NCBI GenBank assembly: GCA_965221905.1
Contig: OZ244922.1
Coordinates: 2,816,001 to 2,880,000 of the forward strand
Direction of reading: 5' to 3'
Origin: Chloroflexota bacterium
GTDB lineage: Bacteria > Chloroflexota > UBA11872 > VXOZ01
DNA length: 64,000 nt
Shown here: piece by piece, positions 38,845 to 48,306 of the stretch
Position numbering within the stretch: position 1 is the first letter of the stretch
How the letters are laid out: each line of letters starts with the position of its first letter
The notes under the pieces: model-generated
The model's input: the letters and a program-made list of their open reading frames with translations, nothing else
Databases searched by the model: none
What the model was told of the DNA's origin: nothing
Made by a program: the position numbers and the translations under genes

Positions 38845-40152
38845 ATGGACACCAAACAGAAGTACGAGAAATACGTTGTAACCAGTCATGCGCCTGCGAT
38901 GCCGCCGGTGGAAGTTTCCCATGCCCAGGGCGCAACCATCACGGCTGCTGACGGGACGACGTATCTGGACGGATTTGCGGGTTATTCCGTGGTGAATGCG
39001 GGGCACAGCAATCCCGAGGTGCTCGCAGCCGCAAAGTCCGCGATGGACCGCCACGTCCATGTTGGGAGCTACCTCTACTACGCTCCTGCCGTGGCCAATT
39101 TGGCCGAAAAGCTAGCGGAAATTACGCCGGGGCGGCTCGAGCAGTCCTTCTTCGGCAACAGTGGGGCCGAGGCCGTAGAAGGCGCGCTCCGCATTGCGAA
39201 GACGTATACCGATCGTAACGAATTCATCTCGCTGCAATACTCCTTTCATGGACGGACGCTCGGCACGCTGAGCCTTGGCGGCAACGCCCGCCGGAAGCGC
39301 CGCGCCGGGCCGATGGCATCGGGGGTCGCTATTGCACCGGCACCTTATTGCTACCGCTGTCCGCTCCATCTCACGTACCCCTCTTGCAACGTGGCCTGCG
39401 CCGATGAGGTAGAGCGGGTCTTCGAGACGCAGACCTCCGGGAACGTTGCGGCAATGATAGCTGAGCCGGTCATGGGAGAGGGCGGCATTATCGTGCCTCC
39501 GCCGGAGTACTTCCCGAAAGTAAAGCCAATTCTGGAGAGGAACGAGGCGCTTTTCATTTCGGATGAGGTACAGACGAGCTTTGGGCGTACCGGCACGATG
39601 TTTGCCAGCGAGGAAATCGGTGTCGAGCCGGACATCCTCACGCTCGCTAAAGGCATTGCCAACGGCTTTCCGCTCAGCGCCTTCACCACGAGGCCGGAAA
39701 TCGGCGAATCGTTTCTTCCCGGCGATCACTTCAGCACATTCGGCGGCAATCTCGTGTCGGCCGCGGCAGCCATTGCGACGATTGGCTACTTGGAACGCGA
39801 ACAGGTGCCGGCACACGCTCGGCGTTTAGGACGGCACATCCTAAACGAGCTCGAGACGTGGCGCAATGCCCATCCGCTCATCGGTGACGTGCGCGGCAAG
39901 GGGCTCATGATTGGCATTGAACTCGTAACCGATCAAGAAACCAAGATTCCGGCCGCGGACGAGGCAAAGCGCGTACAGGAAGAATGTCGCAAAGCGGGTC
40001 TGCTCATTGGGTGCGGCGGATTCTACGGAAACGTGCTGCGCTTCCAACCGCCGCTTGTCATCACGCTGGCACAAGCCCAGCGGGCGCTTGAGATCCTCGA
40101 TAGCGCCTTATCGGCTGTGGAGGAATCTTCCGCCATTCTTGCCGCGACGTAA
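38845..40152 (+). CDS. Class III PLP aminotransferase (GabT/AGXT2-like)
   Basis: NSGAEAVE, SFHGRT, EPVMGEGG, DEVQT.FGRTG, LAKG. Confidence 0.9.
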   Translation: MDTKQKYEKYVVTSHAPAMPPVEVSHAQGATITAADGTTYLDGFAGYSVVNAGHSNPEVLAAAKSAMDRHVHVGSYLYYAPAVANLAEKLAEITPGRLEQSFFGNSGAEAVEGALRIAKTYTDRNEFISLQYSFHGRTLGTLSLGGNARRKRRAGPMASGVAIAPAPYCYRCPLHLTYPSCNVACADEVERVFETQTSGNVAAMIAEPVMGEGGIIVPPPEYFPKVKPILERNEALFISDEVQTSFGRTGTMFASEEIGVEPDILTLAKGIANGFPLSAFTTRPEIGESFLPGDHFSTFGGNLVSAAAAIATIGYLEREQVPAHARRLGRHILNELETWRNAHPLIGDVRGKGLMIGIELVTDQETKIPAADEAKRVQEECRKAGLLIGCGGFYGNVLRFQPPLVITLAQAQRALEILDSALSAVEESSAILAAT

Positions 40153-40380
40153 CCGGCGCAAGACTCCGGCGAGCCAGCGGCATGAGCCTTCCTTCTTCAA
40201 TTCCTCTTGCGGTCCTTACCGGTATTGGCCCGCAGCGCCGTTTTGCGGTCGACTCGAACGTGTCCAAATGCGCGCGGGCCAGGCGCGCGCTCACCAGGCC
40301 CGCGCAAAGCACCGCAAAACGATATAAGATGAAAGATGAAGCGTGCAGATCGTTTTCCAATGGGGAAGTGGTAGACGCCC

Positions 40381-41019
40381 ATGAAGAATGTCTTGCTTCT
40401 TGGCGGCGCAAACCCGGCGCATAAGCCCCGGGACGTCGCTGGATTCGTAGCCGACTACCTTGAAGAATCTGGTGATATCGAAGTATCGATAACTGAAGAC
40501 ACGAGCATTCTCGAGTCCTCCGCCACCAACGCTTACGATGCATTCCTGCTCTTCCTCAATACCAAGGAAGAGCGTTGGCCGCAAAGCAGGGAGGCAGCCT
40601 TCCTTGACGCCGTCACGCGGGGGAAGGGGCTCTTGGTGCTGCATGCGGGCGTCTTGAGCTTTCGCGGCTGGGAAGCCTACTCGGAGCTCATTGGCGGCAA
40701 ACCCACGCCGGACTTCTATCACCCGCCCTACGGCCCCTTTGCCGTACATATAGATGACGCTTCACACCCCATCACGGCTAACATGGTGGACTTCGCGGTG
40801 CGGGATGAACTCTACGCCAACGTGCAACTGACTTCCCAGGCGCGGTTGCTCGCCCACGCCACGCTAAACGGAAAACCTCAGCCACTGCTGTGGGTAGTAG
40901 AACCTCCGCAGACGCGCGTGTGCACGCTACTCTTGGGCCACGATCGCGCAGCCCTCCAGTATCCCGGCGCGTCTGCCCTATTGCGGCGCGGCGTTGCTTG
41001 GGTGGCAGGCGCGCTGTGA
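40381..41019 (+). CDS. ThuA-like (class I GATase fold) protein
   Basis: GKGLLVLHA, HPIT, DELY, LGHD. Confidence 0.8.
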   Translation: MKNVLLLGGANPAHKPRDVAGFVADYLEESGDIEVSITEDTSILESSATNAYDAFLLFLNTKEERWPQSREAAFLDAVTRGKGLLVLHAGVLSFRGWEAYSELIGGKPTPDFYHPPYGPFAVHIDDASHPITANMVDFAVRDELYANVQLTSQARLLAHATLNGKPQPLLWVVEPPQTRVCTLLLGHDRAALQYPGASALLRRGVAWVAGAL

Positions 41020-41062
41020 AACGACACGGTCCTCTACGCGGTCTGTCAGGAGTGTAGCTGAC

Positions 41063-43456
41063 TTGGCGAATACCCTTGGCCACATCTTGCTGTGGTGGCT
41101 TGCGATACAGGCCATTTGCCTGGTAACGCTTCCCTTGACCTGGCTCCTCTTCCGCTTCATGCCCCTCGCCGGCTACCCGTTCGCGAAGACCTTCGGCCTC
41201 CTGCTCTTCGGCTTTGCCGGATGGTTCCTCATGTCGCTGCGCATACTGCCCAACACGTTGTGGGCACTGATCGTGGTGCTCGTTCTACTCGGCGCACTCT
41301 CGGCGTTCGTTGTGCGGCGGTTCCACTGGCGACTGGGCCCATGGCGGGAGGCAGTCGGGCATCAAATCTATGTTGTAGAAGTCCTCTTTCTGGTACTGCT
41401 TGGCGGCTATGCGCTGCTCCGTCAGTATGCGCCGGAAATCTTGGGAACCGAGAAATTCATGGACTTCATGATGCTGAATAGCATCCTCCAATCGTCATCC
41501 TTGCCCCCTCATGACGCCTGGGCCGGGGGGCTAACCATTAACTACTACTATTTCGGCTACCTCATGGTGGCATTTCTCACACGCCTCACCGGAATACCAA
41601 CTGCGATCACTTTCAATCTGGCCCTAGGGCTTTTCTTTGCACTCAGCGGACTTGGGGCCTACGGCATCGGGTACAGCTTGGTAAAGCGCTTTCAGGCTGC
41701 CGGAGGCATCACGGAGCCGCGCAGAGGGACGCTTACGGGTCTCTTTTCCGTGTTCTTGCTCCTCTTCATCGGCAATCTCTTCACAATCTGGAAAGCGCTG
41801 ACCGAACCTGAAGTATTGAGCCAAGGATTCTGGTTCGGCGTAGGCTGGAATGCCAGCCGCGTGGTCCAACGTGTCGAAGGGGAGACACTGCTTGACTACA
41901 CGATTAATGAGTTTCCAGCGTTCAGCTTCATCTTGGGCGACATGCACCCACACGTCATGGCGCTGCCATTCGCGCTCTTAGCGATCTTCACGGCGTACAC
42001 GTGGTACGCGCAACCGGATTACGAACGCCAGCCCCTATCATTCCCGCTTTCGCGGAAGTCTATCCTCGCGACGCTCGCCCTCCCGCATGTCAGTCGCGTC
42101 GTGCTCAGTTCGATCGTATTCGGCGGTCTCTACTTCTTGAATTCGTGGGACTTCCCCACGTACTTTCTCCTGTTTGCGATTTGCGTGTTGCTATCGCTGA
42201 AGATTCACGGCAATTTGGCACAGTGGAAGAACGCGCTGGTGTGGGTCGTAGCCACGGGTGTTTTGGCGCTGCTGCTCTTTGCCCCGTTCTACCTTACGTT
42301 CGACCCACCGACGCAGGGCATTGGACTTGTACCGTATCGCACAAACCTCGGCCAATTCTTCACCATGTACGGCATCTTCTTGGTGCCCTTGGGTGTTTTG
42401 CTGATAATTCTCAGCATACAAGCCTCGCTGCGCCATGTCGTTCCCGAAGTAGCTGATCAGACAACACAAAGCCGCGGACGAAAGGCGCGACAGAAACGGC
42501 GGCGCGCAGACGGAGGGCCTACCGTCCCCGCCGAGGAAGAGCCAAAACCCAAAGAACGCTGGGAAATCTATCGGCCCATTGCGCTCCTCATTCTTGGGTG
42601 GGTAGCGGTAACGGTGCTGCTTGCACGGTTCATTGATACGGCAGCCTTGGCGATCATCGCCTTGAGCGTTGTAGTCGGTCTGGCACTCCTATTGAGCTGG
42701 CGCGAGTATCAAGAGCCGCTCCCAATCATCTGTGTGGTGGTTGGGCTCGCCGCGCTGCTTGTGCTGATAAGTGATGTGATTTATGTAAAAGACTTCTATG
42801 GCCCGCCGAATATGCGCATGAATACGGTATTCAAACTCTACTTCCAGGTTTGGACGCTCTTGGCGCCGGTAATGGCCTTCGCCATCTACTACGCGATAAT
42901 CTGGCTGCGGGAGAGGCAGCGCCCGTTGAGCTGGGTGTTTCGCATTGCCACCATCCTGCTTGTACTCAGCGGACTCTACTATAGCCTCCTCACGGCACCC
43001 ATCTTTGCATCATTTCAGCGAGAGCCGCCGACACTCGACGGCACGAAGTACTATGCGCGCGACCATCCCGATGAAGTGGCAGCCATAGCCTGGTTGCAGG
43101 AAAATGCTCCGTCAGATAGCGTAGTTGTCGAGGCCATGGGGCAGGAGTACAGCCAATATAGCCGCGTTTCCGCGTTTACGGGCCTACAAACGGTCATGGG
43201 CTGGCGCCAGCATGAGAATTTTTGGCGTAACGACTTCAAACTGGTACTTGAGCGCGAAAACGATCTCCAACTGTTCTACGTGGCCGCCCCGAAGGAAGCT
43301 GCAATATTGGTGTTGCGGAAATACGATGCCGACTATATCTTTGTAGGTGACTGGGAGCGCAAGCTCTACGGCGAAGGAGTCGACAAATTGCTCAACTGGT
43401 TCCCCGTAGTCTATCAAAGCGGAAACGTGTTCGTACTAAAAGCCGATGTCAATTAA
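41063..43456 (+). CDS. DUF2298 / YYY-motif membrane protein (GT-C-like)
   Basis: GTEKFMDF, PPHD.W, INYYYFGY, INEFP.FSF..GD.HPH, NSWDFP, RMNTVFK.Y; start uncertain. Confidence 0.9.
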   Translation: MANTLGHILLWWLAIQAICLVTLPLTWLLFRFMPLAGYPFAKTFGLLLFGFAGWFLMSLRILPNTLWALIVVLVLLGALSAFVVRRFHWRLGPWREAVGHQIYVVEVLFLVLLGGYALLRQYAPEILGTEKFMDFMMLNSILQSSSLPPHDAWAGGLTINYYYFGYLMVAFLTRLTGIPTAITFNLALGLFFALSGLGAYGIGYSLVKRFQAAGGITEPRRGTLTGLFSVFLLLFIGNLFTIWKALTEPEVLSQGFWFGVGWNASRVVQRVEGETLLDYTINEFPAFSFILGDMHPHVMALPFALLAIFTAYTWYAQPDYERQPLSFPLSRKSILATLALPHVSRVVLSSIVFGGLYFLNSWDFPTYFLLFAICVLLSLKIHGNLAQWKNALVWVVATGVLALLLFAPFYLTFDPPTQGIGLVPYRTNLGQFFTMYGIFLVPLGVLLIILSIQASLRHVVPEVADQTTQSRGRKARQKRRRADGGPTVPAEEEPKPKERWEIYRPIALLILGWVAVTVLLARFIDTAALAIIALSVVVGLALLLSWREYQEPLPIICVVVGLAALLVLISDVIYVKDFYGPPNMRMNTVFKLYFQVWTLLAPVMAFAIYYAIIWLRERQRPLSWVFRIATILLVLSGLYYSLLTAPIFASFQREPPTLDGTKYYARDHPDEVAAIAWLQENAPSDSVVVEAMGQEYSQYSRVSAFTGLQTVMGWRQHENFWRNDFKLVLERENDLQLFYVAAPKEAAILVLRKYDADYIFVGDWERKLYGEGVDKLLNWFPVVYQSGNVFVLKADVN

Positions 43457-45206
43457 TAAAACTACAAAATCCGGGAAACAGCCGCGGTCCGGCAAGTCTC
43501 GGTCATATAAACCGGCTCAACCCCCAGAAGAGCCGGTAACTGCCGATTGGCCTGCCATAGCAGGCTGGCTACGGACGGAAACGCCCTTCGGACTGAGCCG
43601 CTGGCAGGTACTTGTATTCCTTGCGGTGATGGTCTTTGTAATCTTCACGCGATTCTGGGATCTCGGCACCCGCGCGCTGCATCACGACGAAAGCATGCAC
43701 GCTCGATTCGCGTGGGACATCTACCGCTCGTTCAATTATCGGTACAACCCGGTGTTACACGGACCGTTCCAGTTCTATCTCACCGCGTTCATGTTCTTTC
43801 TCTTTGGCGTTAGCGACGCGGTTGCTCGCTTTGGGCCTGCGCTCTTCGGTGTGCTCTCCGTGCTGCTGGCCTATCCTCTCAAGCCCTACCTTGGGAGAGG
43901 CGGCATGGTGCTGGCGGCAGTGCTGTTGGCAATTTCCCCGCCATTGCTCTACTTCTCACGCTTTGCGCGCAACGACATCTACGTCGTAGCCTGGACGATG
44001 CTCATTTTGCTGGCTCTCTTCGGCTGGCTGCACACGAGACAACGCTGGTACATCTACCTGGGAGCGAGCGCCGTGGCGCTCTCCTTGGCCTCCAAGGAGA
44101 ATACCTACATTACGCTGGTGATAATTGGGTCTTTCATTGTGTTCCGCTTCTTGCAGGAGCAGTTCACACCCGGGCTGGCGGGACGACTGCCCAGCCATGA
44201 GTCGGTGAAGAGCGCGCTTGCCGGTCTGTGGCGCGACCGCGGGCTCCTCTTGGCGGGAATTGTGACGTTTCTCTTGATCTTCGTCACCTTCTTCACCGCC
44301 TTCTATACGTATCCCCAAGACTTTGCCAGCGGCGTAGTCAAGGCGCTTGAGTATTGGCTGGCACAGCAGGACGTCAATCGCGGGAATCAGCCAATTTGGT
44401 ACTACTTCATGCAAGTGCCGCTCTACGAGTTGATTGTGGCAGTGTTTGCGCTCCCGGCACTGTGGCGTCTCGCGCGCCGCGGCAGCTTGACGGATCGCTT
44501 TCTCTGTTACTGGTTTGTGGGAGCAGTAGTGCTCTATTCAGTAGCCGGGGAACGCATGCCGTGGCTCGTGCTGCACCTCTCTCTGCCCGGCATTCTTTTG
44601 GTCTCGCGCTACCTGGGGCAGCAGTTTTCCGAGCCCAGTGGTTTCCGCCGGCATCGCATTGCGCTCACGCTTTGCCTTCTGATCGGCGTTTATGCGCTGC
44701 ACACCGGCTTGCCGCTGGCTTTTTCCCATGGCGACACACCGCGCGACTTGCTGGTCTACGTTCAGACGACACCGGACGTACCCTATGTGGCAAGTCAGAT
44801 CGAGCAAATATCCCGGAAACTCTTAAACAGCACAGAAATCGTAGGCATCATAGACAATGAGAATTCCTGGCCGTTCTATTGGTATCTCCGCGACTACACG
44901 ATGATAGCGTACATACCTGCCATCGGCGATCCCGGTGAGGCGGCATTTGTAATAGTGACCGCAAGCGAGGTTGAAAACGCCCGCGAACACCTCAGCAACT
45001 ACGTGCCGTTTCGCTACAGGCTGCGGTGGTGGTTCCCCGAGCAACTGTACCGAGAGTTGCGCCCGACATTCGTGCTCGACTTCATCACCAATTCCCAGAC
45101 ACGCAGCAACTTCACGGCATGGCTCGTGAGCCGCGAAATGCCGAAACCCATCGGCTCGCAGGATTTCTACTTCTTCGTGCGGGGCGATCTCATACAGCTA
45201 CTCTAG
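43446..45206 (+). CDS. TIGR03663/Agl23-like GT-C (PMT-2) membrane protein
   Basis: LHHDES.H, Y.P..HGP, SRFARND, KEN, GERMPW, VYVQT, WP..WYLR. Confidence 0.85.
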   Translation: MSINKTTKSGKQPRSGKSRSYKPAQPPEEPVTADWPAIAGWLRTETPFGLSRWQVLVFLAVMVFVIFTRFWDLGTRALHHDESMHARFAWDIYRSFNYRYNPVLHGPFQFYLTAFMFFLFGVSDAVARFGPALFGVLSVLLAYPLKPYLGRGGMVLAAVLLAISPPLLYFSRFARNDIYVVAWTMLILLALFGWLHTRQRWYIYLGASAVALSLASKENTYITLVIIGSFIVFRFLQEQFTPGLAGRLPSHESVKSALAGLWRDRGLLLAGIVTFLLIFVTFFTAFYTYPQDFASGVVKALEYWLAQQDVNRGNQPIWYYFMQVPLYELIVAVFALPALWRLARRGSLTDRFLCYWFVGAVVLYSVAGERMPWLVLHLSLPGILLVSRYLGQQFSEPSGFRRHRIALTLCLLIGVYALHTGLPLAFSHGDTPRDLLVYVQTTPDVPYVASQIEQISRKLLNSTEIVGIIDNENSWPFYWYLRDYTMIAYIPAIGDPGEAAFVIVTASEVENAREHLSNYVPFRYRLRWWFPEQLYRELRPTFVLDFITNSQTRSNFTAWLVSREMPKPIGSQDFYFFVRGDLIQLL

Positions 45207-45242
45207 CCATACGCCTAGAGTCTTGTTCGCTCCGACAGTCAG

Positions 45243-45824
45243 CTAGGTCCCGTCCGTCGGTTCAGTCACGCTGTCGGTGTCGCGCGCGCTGAGAATAAAG
45301 CGGAAGGACACTGCCGTCGAGCCGCCGAGCACGAGTGCACCCAAAATCGCGCCGACAATGGGCACGAGAATAGCGAGAAGACCGGCGATTAACGCGACGC
45401 TATCAAGCGTGAGGCTGACCAGAAAGTACCCCATTCCAGCCATACTTTCGGCAAGCTGGCGGCGCAGGCGGATACGGAAGTAGTGACTGCAAAACGCTAT
45501 TGCGACTGCCACGCCAACCCAAAGCCACACATCGGCACTCGCGGTTCCGAGGAGACTAAGCACGATCACGATTGCGCAGAGCGGTCGCGCGACTGCACTC
45601 GTCATTGCCTCCACACGCCCCCAGCGCGGGTGCTTGTCGACAAACACTTGCGCACCGGCGAACACAAAGATTACGCCAATTGCTGCGGTATGGGATAGAA
45701 ACGTGAATGGAGACTGCAGCGAGAGCGCGACGTTATCGGAACGAGCCAGCACCGCTAGGAGAAACAGAGCGGCGTATGGGTTTTGCCCGGCAGCGAGTGT
45801 GAGGCCGAGTACGGTCCAGGACAT
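45243..45824 (-). CDS. DUF4126-like membrane protein
   Basis: GLTLAAGQNPY, DKHP, ARP; AAGGAG RBS before ATG 45824. Confidence 0.7.
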   Translation of the reverse strand: MSWTVLGLTLAAGQNPYAALFLLAVLARSDNVALSLQSPFTFLSHTAAIGVIFVFAGAQVFVDKHPRWGRVEAMTSAVARPLCAIVIVLSLLGTASADVWLWVGVAVAIAFCSHYFRIRLRRQLAESMAGMGYFLVSLTLDSVALIAGLLAILVPIVGAILGALVLGGSTAVSFRFILSARDTDSVTEPTDGT

Positions 45825-45828
45825 TCTG

Positions 45829-46503
45829 CTAAGACTCCTTGGTATCACGCAATGCCGTTTGCGTGTTCTTCCACGATCTGTGCACGTTCTTTCGCAGTTG
45901 CGCCAGACCTCCCGTGTTTTCAATCGAAAACACAGGCACACACTCGCCGCGCTTTCGCCGCAAGTGCGCGATCTTTTCCTCCGGCGACGCCTGCGCTTCT
46001 ATACGGCGTTGCGCCTCGCTGCGCGACATCCCTTTGGCGCAAAGACGCGCTCGTTGCAATTCAGGCGTAGCCACTACGATCCAGACGGCGTCCAACAATC
46101 CCACAAGGTCGCTCTCTATGAGCTTGATGGCCTCAATGGCGCAAGGCGTATGTTGCGACGTGCGGTCAAGTGACTTTTCAACTACAGCGACTACTGCCGG
46201 ATGCACAATCGTCTCAAGTTTGCCCAATGCCACGGCGTCGTCGAATACTATTCTCCCCAACGCAGTGCGATCGAGCACACCGTCAGGCGCAACTATCGCC
46301 CTCCCAAACACCGCTACGACGGCCTTTACGAGAGAACCGCTCGAATCGGCATAGAGATCATGCACGACCCTATCGGCATCTATCACGTGCACGCCTTGCT
46401 CGGCAAGGATCTTTGTGATGGTACTCTTGCCGGCACCGATATTGCCCGTAATGCCTAACACGGGCGCCTGCCGCCTGCCTGCACGTTGCAGGCCGTCTGA
46501 CAT
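45829..46503 (-). CDS. coaE: Dephospho-CoA kinase
   Basis: GITGNIGAGKS, IDAD, LDR..LG..VF, LE.IVHP. Confidence 0.92.
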   Translation of the reverse strand: MSDGLQRAGRRQAPVLGITGNIGAGKSTITKILAEQGVHVIDADRVVHDLYADSSGSLVKAVVAVFGRAIVAPDGVLDRTALGRIVFDDAVALGKLETIVHPAVVAVVEKSLDRTSQHTPCAIEAIKLIESDLVGLLDAVWIVVATPELQRARLCAKGMSRSEAQRRIEAQASPEEKIAHLRRKRGECVPVFSIENTGGLAQLRKNVHRSWKNTQTALRDTKES

Positions 46504-46607
46504 TGCATTGTCCTCCTAAATCACAATTCGGAGTTAGTAGTTTTGGGCTTAGATGGGTCACATGCAAGACACCTGGCCGTACCCAGGCCTAAGCCATATC
46601 CTCAAAC

Positions 46608-46663
46608 TGTCATTCTGAGGAGCCCTTCGGCAGGCTCAGGATAAACTCCGCGACGAAGAATCT
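46608..46663 (+). repeat. TGTC/CGTC-type palindromic repeat with nested insert
   Basis: TGTCATTCTGAGGAGC[CCTTCGGCAGGCTCAGGATAAA]CTCCGCGACGAAGAATCT. Confidence 0.7.
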
Positions 46664-46682
46664 AGAGTCGGGAGCATTCTAG

Positions 46683-47868
46683 GAAAGGTCTGAGCAAGTC
46701 GGGATATGCATCGGTTTATGGGTATGTGCGGGATTGTGGGGTGGTTTGAGGTGTGTCTTGGCATGTGGGAGGGGCTGTTTTGGCTTTGATGCGGTCCCGT
46801 TGGAAGCGCAATACGCTCCTGGCCGTGTTTTGGGCGCACTGCTCCCGTGTCATGTTGCCAACTGGCGTGCGGCCGTCATCACATTGGTCAGCCCCAGCAG
46901 CAACGCCAGCCGTTGCCTGTTCTTGGACAGACCCCGGTAGCGCACCGTGGCGTAGCCGAAGTGCCGCTTCACCCACAGGAACGGATGCTCTACTTTGGCC
47001 CTAACCGATGCTTTGCGCTGCTCTGCCAGCGCCGCCGCGCTCTCAGGCGCCAGTTTCCGCCGCAGCCCCGGCTTGAGCGCCACCTGCCACGCTACGGCGC
47101 GCCCCTGATGCTCCGGTCGCTTCTGCACCCCCACGTACCCGGCGTCTCCCCACACCTGCTGCTCTGCGCCGTGCAGCAACGCCGCCGCTTGCGTTACGTC
47201 GTGCACGTTGGCCGATGTGGTGGTGAAGCTATGCACGAGCCCCGTCTGTGCGTCGACGCCGATGTGCAGCTTCATCCCAAAGTAATACTGGTTCCCCTTC
47301 TTCACCTGCCGCATCGCCGGGTCTCGCTCCCCCTCTCGGTTCTTCGTCGATGTCGGCGCCGCGATGATGGTCGCGTCCACTACCGTCCCCGCTCGCAGCC
47401 GCAAGCCCCGACCTGCCAAATGCGCGTTGATCTCCGCCAACAACCCCTCTCCTAACCGGTGCTTCTCCAGCAAATGCCGAAAGTGCAGAATAGTCGTCTC
47501 GTCCGGCAGCGCCTCTGACAGCCGCAGCCCCACGAACCGCCGCACCGGTTCTACCTCGTACAGCATGTCCTCCATCCCAGGATCGCTCAGGTTGTAGAAC
47601 AACTGCACGCAGTGTATCCGCAGCATTACCGACAAGGGATACGGCCGCCGCCCCCGCCCTGGCTTGGGATAGTACGGCGCAATGCGCGCCTCCATCTCCG
47701 CCCACGGGAGCAGCGCGTCCATCCGCTCCAAGAACTTCTCCCGGCGCGTCTTGCGCTTCTTCTGCGCGTACTCCAAGTCGGCAAACGTCGGTTGCTCCAT
47801 TACCCAGCTCCTCACCGTATCCTGCTTTCTTGCTATGATACTATGCCAGGGACTTGTTCAGAGTTTTC
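46683..47868 (-). mobile_element. IS5-family insertion sequence, copy 2 (1186 bp), inverted relative to copy 1
   Basis: Same TIRs, CTAG at 46679-82 and 47869-72, identical translated ORFs. Confidence 0.95.
46850..47815 (-). CDS. IS5-family DDE transposase
   Basis: Protein identical to 27784-28749. Confidence 0.97.
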   Translation of the reverse strand: MRSWVMEQPTFADLEYAQKKRKTRREKFLERMDALLPWAEMEARIAPYYPKPGRGRRPYPLSVMLRIHCVQLFYNLSDPGMEDMLYEVEPVRRFVGLRLSEALPDETTILHFRHLLEKHRLGEGLLAEINAHLAGRGLRLRAGTVVDATIIAAPTSTKNREGERDPAMRQVKKGNQYYFGMKLHIGVDAQTGLVHSFTTTSANVHDVTQAAALLHGAEQQVWGDAGYVGVQKRPEHQGRAVAWQVALKPGLRRKLAPESAAALAEQRKASVRAKVEHPFLWVKRHFGYATVRYRGLSKNRQRLALLLGLTNVMTAARQLAT

Positions 47869-47981
47869 CTAGAATCCGCGAACCCTGTTCGACGCTGCGC
47901 TCGGAATTGTAAGAGTTGACTAATTCGTTGACAGTTTCATCAGTCCAATTGAATCCATGACAAGTAGAAGACGTTCAACTC

Positions 47982-48050
47982 CGTCATTCCGGCGCAAGCC
48001 GGAATCCATCTTCGCTGCACCCCCTGGACTCCGGCTTTCGCCGGAGTGAC
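47982..48050. repeat. Inverted doublet of family A CGTC repeats (heads outward)
   Basis: CGTCATTCCGGCGCAAGCCGGAATCC, short spacer, CTGGACTCCGGCTTTCGCCGGAGTGAC. Confidence 0.9.
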
Positions 48051-48306
48051 TATTCTCGTGCCGTCTGCGCTATTAGTCTTTGATGCATGAGCTGTCATTG
48101 CTCGTGATGCAGCAACCCAATGTGTATGGCAGCCGATACGGGGGCATCATCTCTTGTTGATTCATATTCCCATTCTGTCAACGAAATACCTGACACTTAC
48201 AGGAATGACAAGAACCGCTGCCTTGCAAAGGCTTCAAGCTTAGGTCTACTAATTCCGTCACAATTTCCAACCGGCCACGCGCCACGGCTCTTCTCTTCCG
48301 GCAACG

